Sequence record: PP488543.1
DNA length: 64,000 nt
Direction: 5' to 3' (one strand)
From: Escherichia phage BP9
Made by a program: the position numbers and the translations under genes. The notes beneath the pieces were generated by a model. That model had not been told where the DNA came from. It worked only from the letters and a program-made list of their open reading frames with translations, and searched no databases. Positions 1 through 8,759 of the stretch are shown here, in pieces; position 1 is the stretch's first letter, and every line of letters starts with the position of its first letter.

Positions 1-112
1 CCTTAACCATGACAACATTATCGTTTGCAGATAGCCGTTTTGCTTCCACAATTTTACCGATGCAGTCAACCAAGGAAGGGTATCCTAAATCTGTAAGAAA
101 TTTAACTTTCAT
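1..112 (-). CDS. hypothetical protein, 3' end truncated by window edge
   Basis: Minus-strand ATG at 112 preceded by GGAGG; reads MKVKFLTDLGYPSLVDCIGKIVEAK... and runs off position 1; absent from ORF track because no stop inside window. Confidence 0.4.
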   Translation of the reverse strand, partial: MKVKFLTDLGYPSLVDCIGKIVEAKRLSANDNVVMVK

Positions 113-151
113 GCTACCTCCTACTTCTACCGTCCCTGGTAAGATAAATTA

Positions 152-550
152 TTACTGAACAGAGCGCGGAGCTGGGAAGGATAACTCTTCTAAAGAGAAG
201 ATTTCATTTCCCACAATCCATGTTGCCGGATCATCTTGGTTGACTGGATAGATAATCATCACCTCGTCCGTGTTACATACCCGCTTTTTACCTGTGGAGT
301 TATCAGCAACCAGCATACGCGGTTCTTCAGAAATGCACAGGTAGCCTCCTCGGCCCACTGTTCCTTCCACAGGGTCTTGTCCTTTGATCACGATGATTAT
401 CTTTTCACCTGCGGCAATATTACCTTGCACACTTACCGTTTGACCAACCTTAGAAGTACCAGTCTGGGTTACTTCAAACATTACATCCCGAATTACTGTT
501 GCATAATCGCCAGAAACTTTCTTACCTTCTTTAGTGATCTCAATCTTCAT
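152..550 (-). CDS. hypothetical protein (132 aa)
   Basis: Track ORF in co-directional tightly packed gene block; no recognisable motif. Confidence 0.5.
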   Translation of the reverse strand: MKIEITKEGKKVSGDYATVIRDVMFEVTQTGTSKVGQTVSVQGNIAAGEKIIIVIKGQDPVEGTVGRGGYLCISEEPRMLVADNSTGKKRVCNTDEVMIIYPVNQDDPATWIVGNEIFSLEELSFPAPRSVQ

Positions 551-813
551 ACACTAGGCTCCTTAAATGAATCTATGTAATCAATTAAATCCCAAGCATC
601 CCTATGACCTGTCAGAGGGTATACTTCTCCAAGAGGGATCATAGCAATAAGCCTATCAAAAACCCAGTCTGGACGCAACATTTTATGATGATATTCCCAC
701 TCACCTTCTACAGATTTTTTCTGAGTGATCAGAATCTCTGTGTAGTGTTTCGCCTGTCTTGAGTAAATTGAAAATGACTTGTACATAAATGACCCCCTTG
801 TTGATAACAACAA
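547..813 (-). CDS. hypothetical protein (88 aa)
   Basis: Track ORF; 4-nt overlap with downstream gene suggests translational coupling. Confidence 0.5.
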   Translation of the reverse strand: MLLSTRGSFMYKSFSIYSRQAKHYTEILITQKKSVEGEWEYHHKMLRPDWVFDRLIAMIPLGEVYPLTGHRDAWDLIDYIDSFKEPSV

Positions 814-820
814 TACACAA

Positions 821-1105
821 CTACCAAGTTACTGTCAAGTAGGCAACCGTGTTATTTTTCTCTGGAGAGATGCCAACAACATCTACCTGCAGACCTCCTG
901 CCCTCAAATCCCCAACAATATGCGGGAAGTAATCTGAGAGATGCGAGGGTAGATTTATCGAAAATCCGCATCCCAGAAAGCCTGCTAACGCTTTATTTTG
1001 TATCTCCCCTACAATCGCATCATAAATGGAGTTAAGCTCGTCAGGGAGCGTTACAGGACGTTTTAGCGCCAACTGGTGCAACTTGTCCTTAGCACTCATT
1101 TTCAT
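821..1105 (-). CDS. hypothetical protein
   Basis: Track ORF 821..1174; I prefer the internal ATG at 1105 (MKMSAKDK...) which forms an ATGA overlap with the stop of the upstream methyltransferase gene instead of a 73-nt overlap. Confidence 0.4.
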   Translation of the reverse strand: MKMSAKDKLHQLALKRPVTLPDELNSIYDAIVGEIQNKALAGFLGCGFSINLPSHLSDYFPHIVGDLRAGGLQVDVVGISPEKNNTVAYLTVTW

Positions 1106-1635
1106 TTCAAGTCTACCTCTGGTGGTGCCAACCACATAAATGGCGGCAAGTCTAGACGGTTTTTCTTGTCCCATACAAAATAGGCATATGCCTGCCCATC
1201 CGTTCTACCGTTGGATTGGAATGACGGACGCTTAGATATTGTGATCACAGTGGTAGGTGCATTATCAAGCCACCATTCAAATCTGGCCTTGCTTTCCAGA
1301 AAATTAAGACGCAAAAGCATAATAACTACGTCAGCATCTTTCAACGCCTTGTCTACGAACTCACGGGCCAGACTGTATGGTGGGTTGGTGATAATACAGT
1401 CAACATGGTTGTATTCTGTATTCAGATAGTCAACACCTTCTTGGATTTCTCCCCATGCAGATCCTAACGGCATACGGGAGTAGAACACACCTGAGGCACT
1501 ATTCCTGCAAGGCTCTAAGTAGGTCCAGTCCTCTGGGAACGGAATAAGGTCATACAGCCCTTCTGCACACCACTCCGGTGTCACATACTCATCGTATGCG
1601 TTACGTTGTTCATCAGGTTTTCTAGCACAAGTCAT
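1102..1635 (-). CDS. DNA methyltransferase (amino-MTase, NPPY motif)
   Basis: Catalytic motif IV ITNPPY and upstream Gly-rich SAM-binding-like segment; 177 aa. Confidence 0.6.
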   Translation of the reverse strand: MTCARKPDEQRNAYDEYVTPEWCAEGLYDLIPFPEDWTYLEPCRNSASGVFYSRMPLGSAWGEIQEGVDYLNTEYNHVDCIITNPPYSLAREFVDKALKDADVVIMLLRLNFLESKARFEWWLDNAPTTVITISKRPSFQSNGRTDGQAYAYFVWDKKNRLDLPPFMWLAPPEVDLK

Positions 1636-1653
1636 GCAAATCTCCAGATCATA

Positions 1654-1675
1654 AAAGCCCTCCGAAGAGGGCTTT
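1654..1675 (-). terminator. rho-independent terminator-like hairpin downstream of ClpP-like gene
   Basis: Minus strand reads AAGCCCTC-TTCG-GAGGGCTT followed by TTTAT. Confidence 0.5.
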
Positions 1676-1686
1676 AGAATTAATGT

Positions 1687-2736
1687 TTAAGCTTCTTCGA
1701 CAATTCCTGCACCCAGGATTTTTTCATTGAGCTCTTTTGCTGTTTTAATAATATTGTCCACCAGACGCTTGCGAGTCTTATCTTTTACCTTAACCTCTTC
1801 ACCGCCGTTCAGAGTAGTCTTCAATTGAGACAGAATATCCTGAAGTTCGACGACAGAGAATCGCTGCAGATCTTCTGAAGTAATTTCACCCAGGGCGATC
1901 CGGACGGTCTCGCCACTTTCCATCTGCAGATTCAGGAACACAGTGTGAACATCATCTTTCATACCATTTGCTTTTGCAGACTCAACAGCATGAACCAGCT
2001 CGTCCAGAGATGTGCATTGGTGAATCTCTGGCAGGCCTGCTTCGCCTAGCACACCTTCTTCATCACTTTTTGCCAAAAGCTTTTTCGGTTTCTGTCCATT
2101 CTGAATGCGCTGAATGTTTTCATCGTCCAGAATGATAGCACCAGTTCTAGATGCCAGCTCTTCTCCATCTAACCACACTTCACCGCCAGCTGTGATGGAT
2201 GCGATCTCATCTTCTGTCAGCACCCCACCGTAGTATTTTTCGATCAGGCGTTCAAAACGTTTTTTCCAGTAGCTGACCTGAGTATTCATGTTCACACCGT
2301 TACCATAAGTGCCACCTTGATAGTAGTGGAACATAAATTCTGTGTCCGGAGCCACAGTTCGTTCTTTGCAGCCCAGCCATAAGATTGTTCCTGCCGAGCA
2401 GCACATCCCTTCAGCGTGTACAACAACGCTTGCCTGAGACTCGCGGAATGCCTGCAAATACGCCATAGCAATGTGAACGCAACCACCAGGACTGTTAATG
2501 ATCACCCGAATGCTTTCTTCCGGCTGAGCCATACGGATCGTCTGCAGACGAGACATATGATCTTGTAAGTCTTCCAAATCGTCGATATAAAGAACGTGGT
2601 CAACAACTGGTGTTGGGTAGCTGTATGTTTCCATAATACCACCCGGCATACCGAACATTTTATTACTCATAGGTTCGAAACCGTTCTGTTTTTCTTTCAT
2701 GCCGTGTACCATGGTGCTGCGAGGTGTTAAATTCAT
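1687..2736 (-). CDS. ClpP-family serine protease with C-terminal extension
   Basis: INSPGG motif, Ser in GMCCSAGT and His in MFHYYQGG as in ClpP/S14 proteases; ~150-aa acidic/coiled C-terminal tail. Confidence 0.75.
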   Translation of the reverse strand: MNLTPRSTMVHGMKEKQNGFEPMSNKMFGMPGGIMETYSYPTPVVDHVLYIDDLEDLQDHMSRLQTIRMAQPEESIRVIINSPGGCVHIAMAYLQAFRESQASVVVHAEGMCCSAGTILWLGCKERTVAPDTEFMFHYYQGGTYGNGVNMNTQVSYWKKRFERLIEKYYGGVLTEDEIASITAGGEVWLDGEELASRTGAIILDDENIQRIQNGQKPKKLLAKSDEEGVLGEAGLPEIHQCTSLDELVHAVESAKANGMKDDVHTVFLNLQMESGETVRIALGEITSEDLQRFSVVELQDILSQLKTTLNGGEEVKVKDKTRKRLVDNIIKTAKELNEKILGAGIVEEA

Positions 2737-2796
2737 GAGAAATCCTTAATATTGGAAGTTGAAAGCTATTTATTTAAACCTGATTCACATTTACCT

Positions 2797-3108
2797 TTAT
2801 TTAGCAATCACTATAGAGTACTTACGATTGTCAGAAGCATCACAGCTCAGTGATTGCCAGTCTACCACATACCACGTATCATTGTCAACAATTACTTTAT
2901 CGCCTGTTCTGTAGCAGGTGCTGCTTTCAATAATCCGAGACTCGATAAAGAATCTGTGTCGGCGCTCACGTAGCAACGCTAAGTTGATTATATTACCACC
3001 ACTGTCCTTGATCCATACATTCTTGGATCCTTTATATGCCAGAATTGTCTCGCCGTTATAGACAAACAGGCAGTATATTTTATTCAGTTTCTCTTGTACT
3101 GTAGCCAT
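2797..3108 (-). CDS. hypothetical protein (103 aa)
   Basis: Track ORF, no motif recognised. Confidence 0.5.
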   Translation of the reverse strand: MATVQEKLNKIYCLFVYNGETILAYKGSKNVWIKDSGGNIINLALLRERRHRFFIESRIIESSTCYRTGDKVIVDNDTWYVVDWQSLSCDASDNRKYSIVIAK

Positions 3109-3206
3109 ACTATCTCCTTCTCCTTGTCCTATAATAATATCTAAAGCTTACCTGTTTGTCAAAAACTGTTTTAGATATCTAAGGGTGGAATAACCACCCT
3201 TCTGTG

Positions 3207-3995
3207 TTACTCGGAAACAGGGGTCCAAATATGATTTGCACGATCCTCAATAAGATTGAGTGCAATCTGACGACCCAATCCGGAACGAACGACATCGTCT
3301 GGACTATCAAAGCTGATCATTCCAACCTCAGGATCTGGATGACGAGTAAAGAAATCCGTCACCCATGCAAGGCCAGATTTACCAGGGATGTCACGTTGGC
3401 TATTATCGCCCATGATTACAAGGGTGGCCTGATCAGAGATCCTTGTGATAATTGACAACATTTCTTCCGGATTAGTTTGCTGTGCCTCGTCAATCAGGAC
3501 AAAGCATCGCTCATCGAAACTACGACCACGAATGCTTTCAACTTCACAAATCTCGATACGGCTGTTCTGACCATCTCCCAGCATTGCGGCAAAAGCACCT
3601 TTGCCAACACGACGACAAATCGTGTCCATCATGCTTCTAAGATAGGGCCATAGTTTCTGCATTGCATTTCCAGGTTTAAATCCTGAAGTCTTTCCTGTCT
3701 GAACGTAAGGACGTGCAACAATGATCTTATCAATCTCGTTCTTACGCAGAAGATCACCTGCATATGCAGATGCCATGAATGTCTTACCGGATCCAAACAC
3801 ACCGTTTACAATAATAATCTTACGTGACCCTAGATAATCAAGATACTTTTGCTGCTTCTTATTCATTGGTCGGAGAGCTGGAGCTGTGTGCTCTCGTTCG
3901 TCAGCAAATTTCTCAGCAGCCTTACGCAGGCGATCAGATTTGCGAGCCTCTCTAGCTTCATCACGCATGCGTTTTGTTTCTTTAGCTCGACCCAT
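3207..3995 (-). CDS. phoH: PhoH-like ATPase
   Basis: Walker A GVFGSGKT, Walker B VLIDEAQ and overall PhoH-family pattern; 262 aa. Confidence 0.9.
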   Translation of the reverse strand: MGRAKETKRMRDEAREARKSDRLRKAAEKFADEREHTAPALRPMNKKQQKYLDYLGSRKIIIVNGVFGSGKTFMASAYAGDLLRKNEIDKIIVARPYVQTGKTSGFKPGNAMQKLWPYLRSMMDTICRRVGKGAFAAMLGDGQNSRIEICEVESIRGRSFDERCFVLIDEAQQTNPEEMLSIITRISDQATLVIMGDNSQRDIPGKSGLAWVTDFFTRHPDPEVGMISFDSPDDVVRSGLGRQIALNLIEDRANHIWTPVSE

Positions 3996-4033
3996 GTTGG
4001 GACTCCTTTCAGATTGAGATGTGCCAAGTACGT

Positions 4034-4384
4034 TTACTGCAACAGTTTTTCAATAGCCGCTTCCATGCTGCTTGCAACAGCCTGAACTCGGATATTCATC
4101 TCTTCTTGGTGGATCAGCTCCTTAAGCTCTTTAATGGTAAATTCTTTAGAGAAACCTTCCACCATAATCTTGTGTAAGGCTTCTTGCGTGCCTACTTGCA
4201 AGAACTTTTCCAGTTTGTTGGCAGAGGCTTCTAAATCAGCCCGAATACGAGGGTCATCTGTGCGATTCAGCATTAGACGTAAGCCACCAAGATTAGTAGA
4301 AATAGCGTCTGCATGTTGAGTAACTAACCGTGGCAAAATGAGATCTACAAACTTATTAGCCAAATCGATACGTTCTTGTGTCAC
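4034..4384 (-). CDS. hypothetical protein (116 aa)
   Basis: Track ORF, helical/charged composition. Confidence 0.5.
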   Translation of the reverse strand: MTQERIDLANKFVDLILPRLVTQHADAISTNLGGLRLMLNRTDDPRIRADLEASANKLEKFLQVGTQEALHKIMVEGFSKEFTIKELKELIHQEEMNIRVQAVASSMEAAIEKLLQ

Positions 4385-4558
4385 TGTTGCACCCCCTCTT
4401 CATCCTCATGATGTTTCTTTTCACGCTTGTGTTTTTTCTTAAGCTCAAGCGCAATTTCTTTTTTGTACGCCTTCTTCAAGGCTTTTTTAGCCATTTGGCA
4501 CCTCCTCTGCTTTCATTTTACGATAATTATACCTATCTAAACAAAACTTTGTCAACAA

Positions 4559-5032
4559 CTAGTCTACCTGAACCCAACCGCCTGATACTTTTTTAAACAT
4601 TCTTTGGTTATCACTGCCTCGGAACGGTTTCTTGGTTGGTAAATCTTTTACATACTTACCGTCAATGATGATATCAGCCAGTTTAAGAACATCACTAGAG
4701 ATATGGTCAAATGTGAACCCAGTATATACAAGAATAGTTTTCTTGTCACCAAATTTTTCCTTAATTTTCTCCATCAGGCTAATAATATCTGGCTCATTAT
4801 AGTATGCTAATGGTTCTCCCCCCAGCAGAGAGATACCGCACACAGATGGGTTATCTAAATCTGACAAGATTTTTTGTAAATCTTCTTCAGTGAACTCTCT
4901 CCCCTTATCTTTTGACCAAAATGCCTGATTAAAGCAACCAGGGCAAGCGTGTGGGCACCCAGATACCCACAAGGCAGTTCTAATACCTGGCCCTTCGGTG
5001 TAAGATATTTCTGTGTATCCGGCAATGTTCAT
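4559..5032 (-). CDS. nrdG: anaerobic ribonucleotide reductase activating protein (radical SAM)
   Basis: CPHACPGC radical-SAM cluster motif near N-terminus, 157 aa, immediately downstream of nrdD. Confidence 0.9.
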   Translation of the reverse strand: MNIAGYTEISYTEGPGIRTALWVSGCPHACPGCFNQAFWSKDKGREFTEEDLQKILSDLDNPSVCGISLLGGEPLAYYNEPDIISLMEKIKEKFGDKKTILVYTGFTFDHISSDVLKLADIIIDGKYVKDLPTKKPFRGSDNQRMFKKVSGGWVQVD

Positions 5033-5145
5033 AGATACTCCGCATCACATTTAGGGCAATGCCAAATAAAATCGTCCAGTGCCTTGCACCAACGAAGGTT
5101 GCAACGACAACCACACTTGCAAATTTTATAAATACCTGTAGACAT
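5029..5145 (-). CDS. cysteine-rich micro-protein (38 aa) between nrdD and nrdG
   Basis: Hand translation MSTGIYKICKCGCRCNLRWCKALDDFIWHCPKCDAEYL; AGGAGG 7 nt upstream of ATG; stop overlaps nrdG start as ATGA; below ORF-track length cutoff. Confidence 0.4.
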   Translation of the reverse strand: MSTGIYKICKCGCRCNLRWCKALDDFIWHCPKCDAEYL

Positions 5146-5208
5146 ACTGTACCTCCTAGCTCACTGTGTGTCAATAATATGCCACATCCTTGTGGCTTTT
5201 GTCAAGTA

Positions 5209-7332
5209 TCAGCAACTACAACTTCCATAGTGCTTAACTCGCTCGATAACTTCCGCTTGCTTACCTTTATTGTAAGGACGGGAGTTAGGGCTGGAAAGGT
5301 ATCCGGACACACGTCGAATTACACTGATCGTTCCCTCTTCATGGTTTCCACACTCTGGGCATACAAAGCCTTTAGCTGTTGCACTGAACTCCCCAGAGAA
5401 ACCACACTTAAGACATTTATCCACAGGTTGGTTAATACCAAAATACATAATGTGTTTATACCCGAAGTCAACAAGAGCTTCTAAAGCATCTAAGTTGTTT
5501 TTCAGATTTGGTGTCTCTACATATCCGATGTTTCCACCAGAGGAGATCATAGCAAAACCTTCCTCATACTTCCACTTATCAAAAGGAGAGCTATTGATCC
5601 ATACTGGCTGATGGAAACTGTTGGTGAGATATTCATGCTCGTGCTTCAACACTTCAGGATATTCACGATCCAGACAGGTTGCAGCTTTATAGCATAGACT
5701 CTCAGAAGGGGTGCCGTACAAGCTAAACGCTAGTCTACTTTCCTTCTTGTATCGCTCACAAGCATCTCTCATGTGCTGAAGTATTCCAAGAGCTAAAGCC
5801 TTGTCACCCTCCCTGCCCAAAATCTGACAGGTTTCATACACACCAATATACCCAATACTGATGGAAGCGTACCCTTCATAGAAGAGTTTATCAATACTCT
5901 CTTCAGGATCCAGGCGAGCAAGAGCGCCTTCACACCACATGATAGGGTTCTGCCCTGCCTTTGTTCCTTTTAGACGGTTAACCCTTACAAGGTGAGCCTC
6001 GTATGCAAGACCCAGGTATTCGTCAAGAACTGCAAAGAAATCAACACCTTCCGTTTTAGCTTTTGCCGCAATCATTGGCAGGTTAAGGCTAACAACGCCT
6101 AAGTTAAATCTGCCAAGGTATTTCTCCTCGCCTGTTTCCAAATCATTGTATTTGCTAAGAAAACTCCGGCAACCCATGCTTGTTACTTTACCCTCTGTCG
6201 AGCCTGTCACTTTACGATTTAGTGGAACAGAAACAAAGTCAGGATAAATCCGCTCTGCAGAGCATTCCAGGGCCAATCTTTTCAAATCATAGTTAGGATC
6301 TCCAGGGTTCATGTTGACACCCTCTTCTAGGAAGAACAGCACTTTAGGGAACACAGGTGTGATACGTTCTTCACCAAGACCCATTTTGTGGACTTTCAAG
6401 TAATTTTTGGTAATCATTCTACCAAAGACCGAGGTATCCAGTCCTAAACTTAATGTGATGAATGGAGTTTGCCCGTTGACAGAAGTTAACGTATTGATTT
6501 GATAGAGTAAAGTCTGCATGCTGTCAAATACGTCTTTATCTGTCATTTGCATTGCAACAGTCTCAGCATCTGGCAACCAATGTTCCTGGCAAAATTTAAG
6601 GTTCTTCTCATAGGTCGCTTCAGCATACTGTGCCAGATAATGATCAATATGGCTCATAGTCTGACCTCCATATTGAGCACTAGCTACTGCACTAGAGATT
6701 TGGCTAAGGATTGTTGTTGCAACCCCTATTGACTTCGGCTTACTGACATGGGCGTTACCAATGTTGAATCCGTTTTCCAACATATCTGGATAATTTACCA
6801 AACAACAGTTTGTTAACGGACTGATCAAATAGTCAAGATCATGCACATGGATGAAGCCTTTATTGTGCTCTTCTGAGACACGGTCTGGCAGGATCTGTGT
6901 TGATGCAAGGTGTTTGCTAAGGATGCCTGCAAGCAGGTCACGATGAGTGTGTACATGATTGGTAGGCTTATTTGCGTTTTCTTTTGTAAATTCATCACAA
7001 GTGCGATCCAAGAAGCCACTAATATCTGCAAGCAGTTTTCCACCTGCCTCTCTGTTATTATCTCTTGTCTGCCTATACTGGATGTATTCTCTGGCTGCAC
7101 ATTTTAAACCCATATCCATAAGAGCGTCTTCAACAAGGATATGGATATTTTTTACAGAGATCGTGCACTGGTCGATTGGTAGATTGTTAGCAACAACTTC
7201 ATTAACCGCGCAGGCGATCCGGTAAGCTTCTTCTTCAGTATGTCCAGACTCAAGTAAGGCGGACTCTGCCGCCTTGATCACCTTAATTCCGTTATAGACC
7301 TCTTCTCTACCGTCCCGTTTTACAACTTTCAC
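5209..7332 (-). CDS. nrdD: anaerobic ribonucleoside-triphosphate reductase
   Basis: C-terminal glycyl-radical motif RRVSGYL, zinc-ribbon CLKCGF...CPECG, 707 aa. Confidence 0.92.
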   Translation of the reverse strand: MKVVKRDGREEVYNGIKVIKAAESALLESGHTEEEAYRIACAVNEVVANNLPIDQCTISVKNIHILVEDALMDMGLKCAAREYIQYRQTRDNNREAGGKLLADISGFLDRTCDEFTKENANKPTNHVHTHRDLLAGILSKHLASTQILPDRVSEEHNKGFIHVHDLDYLISPLTNCCLVNYPDMLENGFNIGNAHVSKPKSIGVATTILSQISSAVASAQYGGQTMSHIDHYLAQYAEATYEKNLKFCQEHWLPDAETVAMQMTDKDVFDSMQTLLYQINTLTSVNGQTPFITLSLGLDTSVFGRMITKNYLKVHKMGLGEERITPVFPKVLFFLEEGVNMNPGDPNYDLKRLALECSAERIYPDFVSVPLNRKVTGSTEGKVTSMGCRSFLSKYNDLETGEEKYLGRFNLGVVSLNLPMIAAKAKTEGVDFFAVLDEYLGLAYEAHLVRVNRLKGTKAGQNPIMWCEGALARLDPEESIDKLFYEGYASISIGYIGVYETCQILGREGDKALALGILQHMRDACERYKKESRLAFSLYGTPSESLCYKAATCLDREYPEVLKHEHEYLTNSFHQPVWINSSPFDKWKYEEGFAMISSGGNIGYVETPNLKNNLDALEALVDFGYKHIMYFGINQPVDKCLKCGFSGEFSATAKGFVCPECGNHEEGTISVIRRVSGYLSSPNSRPYNKGKQAEVIERVKHYGSCSC

Positions 7333-7607
7333 TTTTTCTCTCCAAAACCATTCTTAACAAAAGAGATGAAATCATCGGCACCGCCTATATGGGCACTTTC
7401 AAGATTACTTTCTAAGAAGATCTGCGGCAACGTTCTGGGTACGATTGGACTGCACTTCTCAATAAGCTCTTCTTTTGTGTAACCCTCGCCAAGTGTCTTA
7501 TATACAAAAGGCAGACCTTTACTGACTGCAAATTCTTTTGCTCTTACACAATGTGGGCAGTTATCTTTACCGTAAATAATAAAGAAAAAAGATTTTTCAC
7601 AGCTCAT
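7329..7607 (-). CDS. glutaredoxin-like protein
   Basis: CPHC redox motif in YGKDNCPHCVRAKEF, 92 aa, between nrdD and nrdB. Confidence 0.75.
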   Translation of the reverse strand: MSCEKSFFFIIYGKDNCPHCVRAKEFAVSKGLPFVYKTLGEGYTKEELIEKCSPIVPRTLPQIFLESNLESAHIGGADDFISFVKNGFGEKK

Positions 7608-7610
7608 GTA

Positions 7611-8759
7611 TTAAAACTCCCAAATTTCTTCTTCAGCGTCGTTAACAGTTGTGTTGACTCGGTAGTCAGTGTTCGACATTTCTTGGTTCGCCGTCTGTTG
7701 CAATGAAGGTTTCATCCACACCTGCATAAACGGTAGCGGGTCCTTTGTTGGCGGCACAAAGTCTTTGTCGATATCGTAGTAATCATAAATCGGTGAGCAG
7801 TTATAGTCAACCCATTCTTTAAGCAACGGTGAGTTAAGGCCTATAATCGCTCTTCCTTCGCTGAAAATATAGTCGCTCCAACCGTACTCCTTGGTTCGTA
7901 CTTCATCAAGAATCTCTTTTAACTCCCCTTTTATCTCCAGGAAGCTTTTCTCCCATGCTGGATCGTTAAGCAGGATATCAATGATGGCAAAATCACCTTT
8001 CGAATGTAGCATTTCGTCAAGCATGATTTTTTGAACAAGCTGTGCCACCTGAACAAAAATACCCTGTTCAGCTACTGCGAAAGTGCATGCAAAACTTGCA
8101 ATAAACTCAATACTTTCCAGAGCTAAAAGTGCAAAAAGCGCTCTAAGAATGCATTTCCGCACAATATCTTCTTCAACACTAGAAGGATCCAGTCGGTATT
8201 TTGCACCAATAACCTCAAGCTCTTGCATGTATTTGACAATAACGCCAGATCTGCTCAGAACGTTTTGGTTTTCCTGAATCTCTTCTATAATCTCACGGGC
8301 ATTGGGGAGGCATTGTCTAACAATCTCTGAGTAAGTTAGTGCGTGAAGAACTTCAATCTCTGACTGTTTCATCAATAGAGTGAAAAGCTCACTATTAGTG
8401 ATGAATGGTGAAAAGAGGCAGATGATCGATCTTGCCGCAACGCTATCAGCCTCCCATTGCCACATCAAGGTCTGCACCATTACATCATAAGTTGACTTGG
8501 AGCATGTTACAAAATCTGAAATAGATTGTGACAAATCCACTTCATCCTCTGCCCAGTCTTGTTCTTTTTGTTTTTTGTACAGTTCGAACAGTTGCGGATA
8601 TTTTTTGTTGATAGAGTCGTACATACCCATTTGCTGTCCCAGAAACAGCGGATAGTCACCAGTTTTATGAGCGGTGTTCTCAGCATTAAATACAGCCATT
8701 ATTCTACCTCTAAAATGGGGCCGAAGCCCCTTTAAAATTATAGTGCACAGCTTTCGCAA
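7611..8759 (-). CDS. nrdB: ribonucleotide reductase small (beta) subunit, class I
   Basis: Di-iron/ferritin-like ExxH motifs (e.g. DEMLH), 382 aa, adjacent to nrdA. Confidence 0.88.
   Translation of the reverse strand: MRKLCTIILKGLRPHFRGRIMAVFNAENTAHKTGDYPLFLGQQMGMYDSINKKYPQLFELYKKQKEQDWAEDEVDLSQSISDFVTCSKSTYDVMVQTLMWQWEADSVAARSIICLFSPFITNSELFTLLMKQSEIEVLHALTYSEIVRQCLPNAREIIEEIQENQNVLSRSGVIVKYMQELEVIGAKYRLDPSSVEEDIVRKCILRALFALLALESIEFIASFACTFAVAEQGIFVQVAQLVQKIMLDEMLHSKGDFAIIDILLNDPAWEKSFLEIKGELKEILDEVRTKEYGWSDYIFSEGRAIIGLNSPLLKEWVDYNCSPIYDYYDIDKDFVPPTKDPLPFMQVWMKPSLQQTANQEMSNTDYRVNTTVNDAEEEIWEF

Noticed and set aside
152-550. dUTPase assignment for the 132-aa ORF (contains GRGG)
   Set aside because: Canonical dUTPase motifs (PRSG, GxIDxDYRG, C-terminal GFGSTG) are not present; left as hypothetical
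4980-5174. 64-aa minus-strand track ORF spanning the nrdD-nrdG intergenic region
   Set aside because: Overlaps the first 52 nt of nrdG out of frame and has no SD; the in-register 38-aa Cys-rich ORF with AGGAGG and ATGA coupling is a better model for this space
6547-7225. Several plus-strand ORFs (60-90 aa) inside nrdD; similar antisense ORFs occur inside nrdA, scaffold, capsid and tail genes
   Set aside because: Antisense to long, well-supported genes with conserved motifs; no start context; treated as spurious
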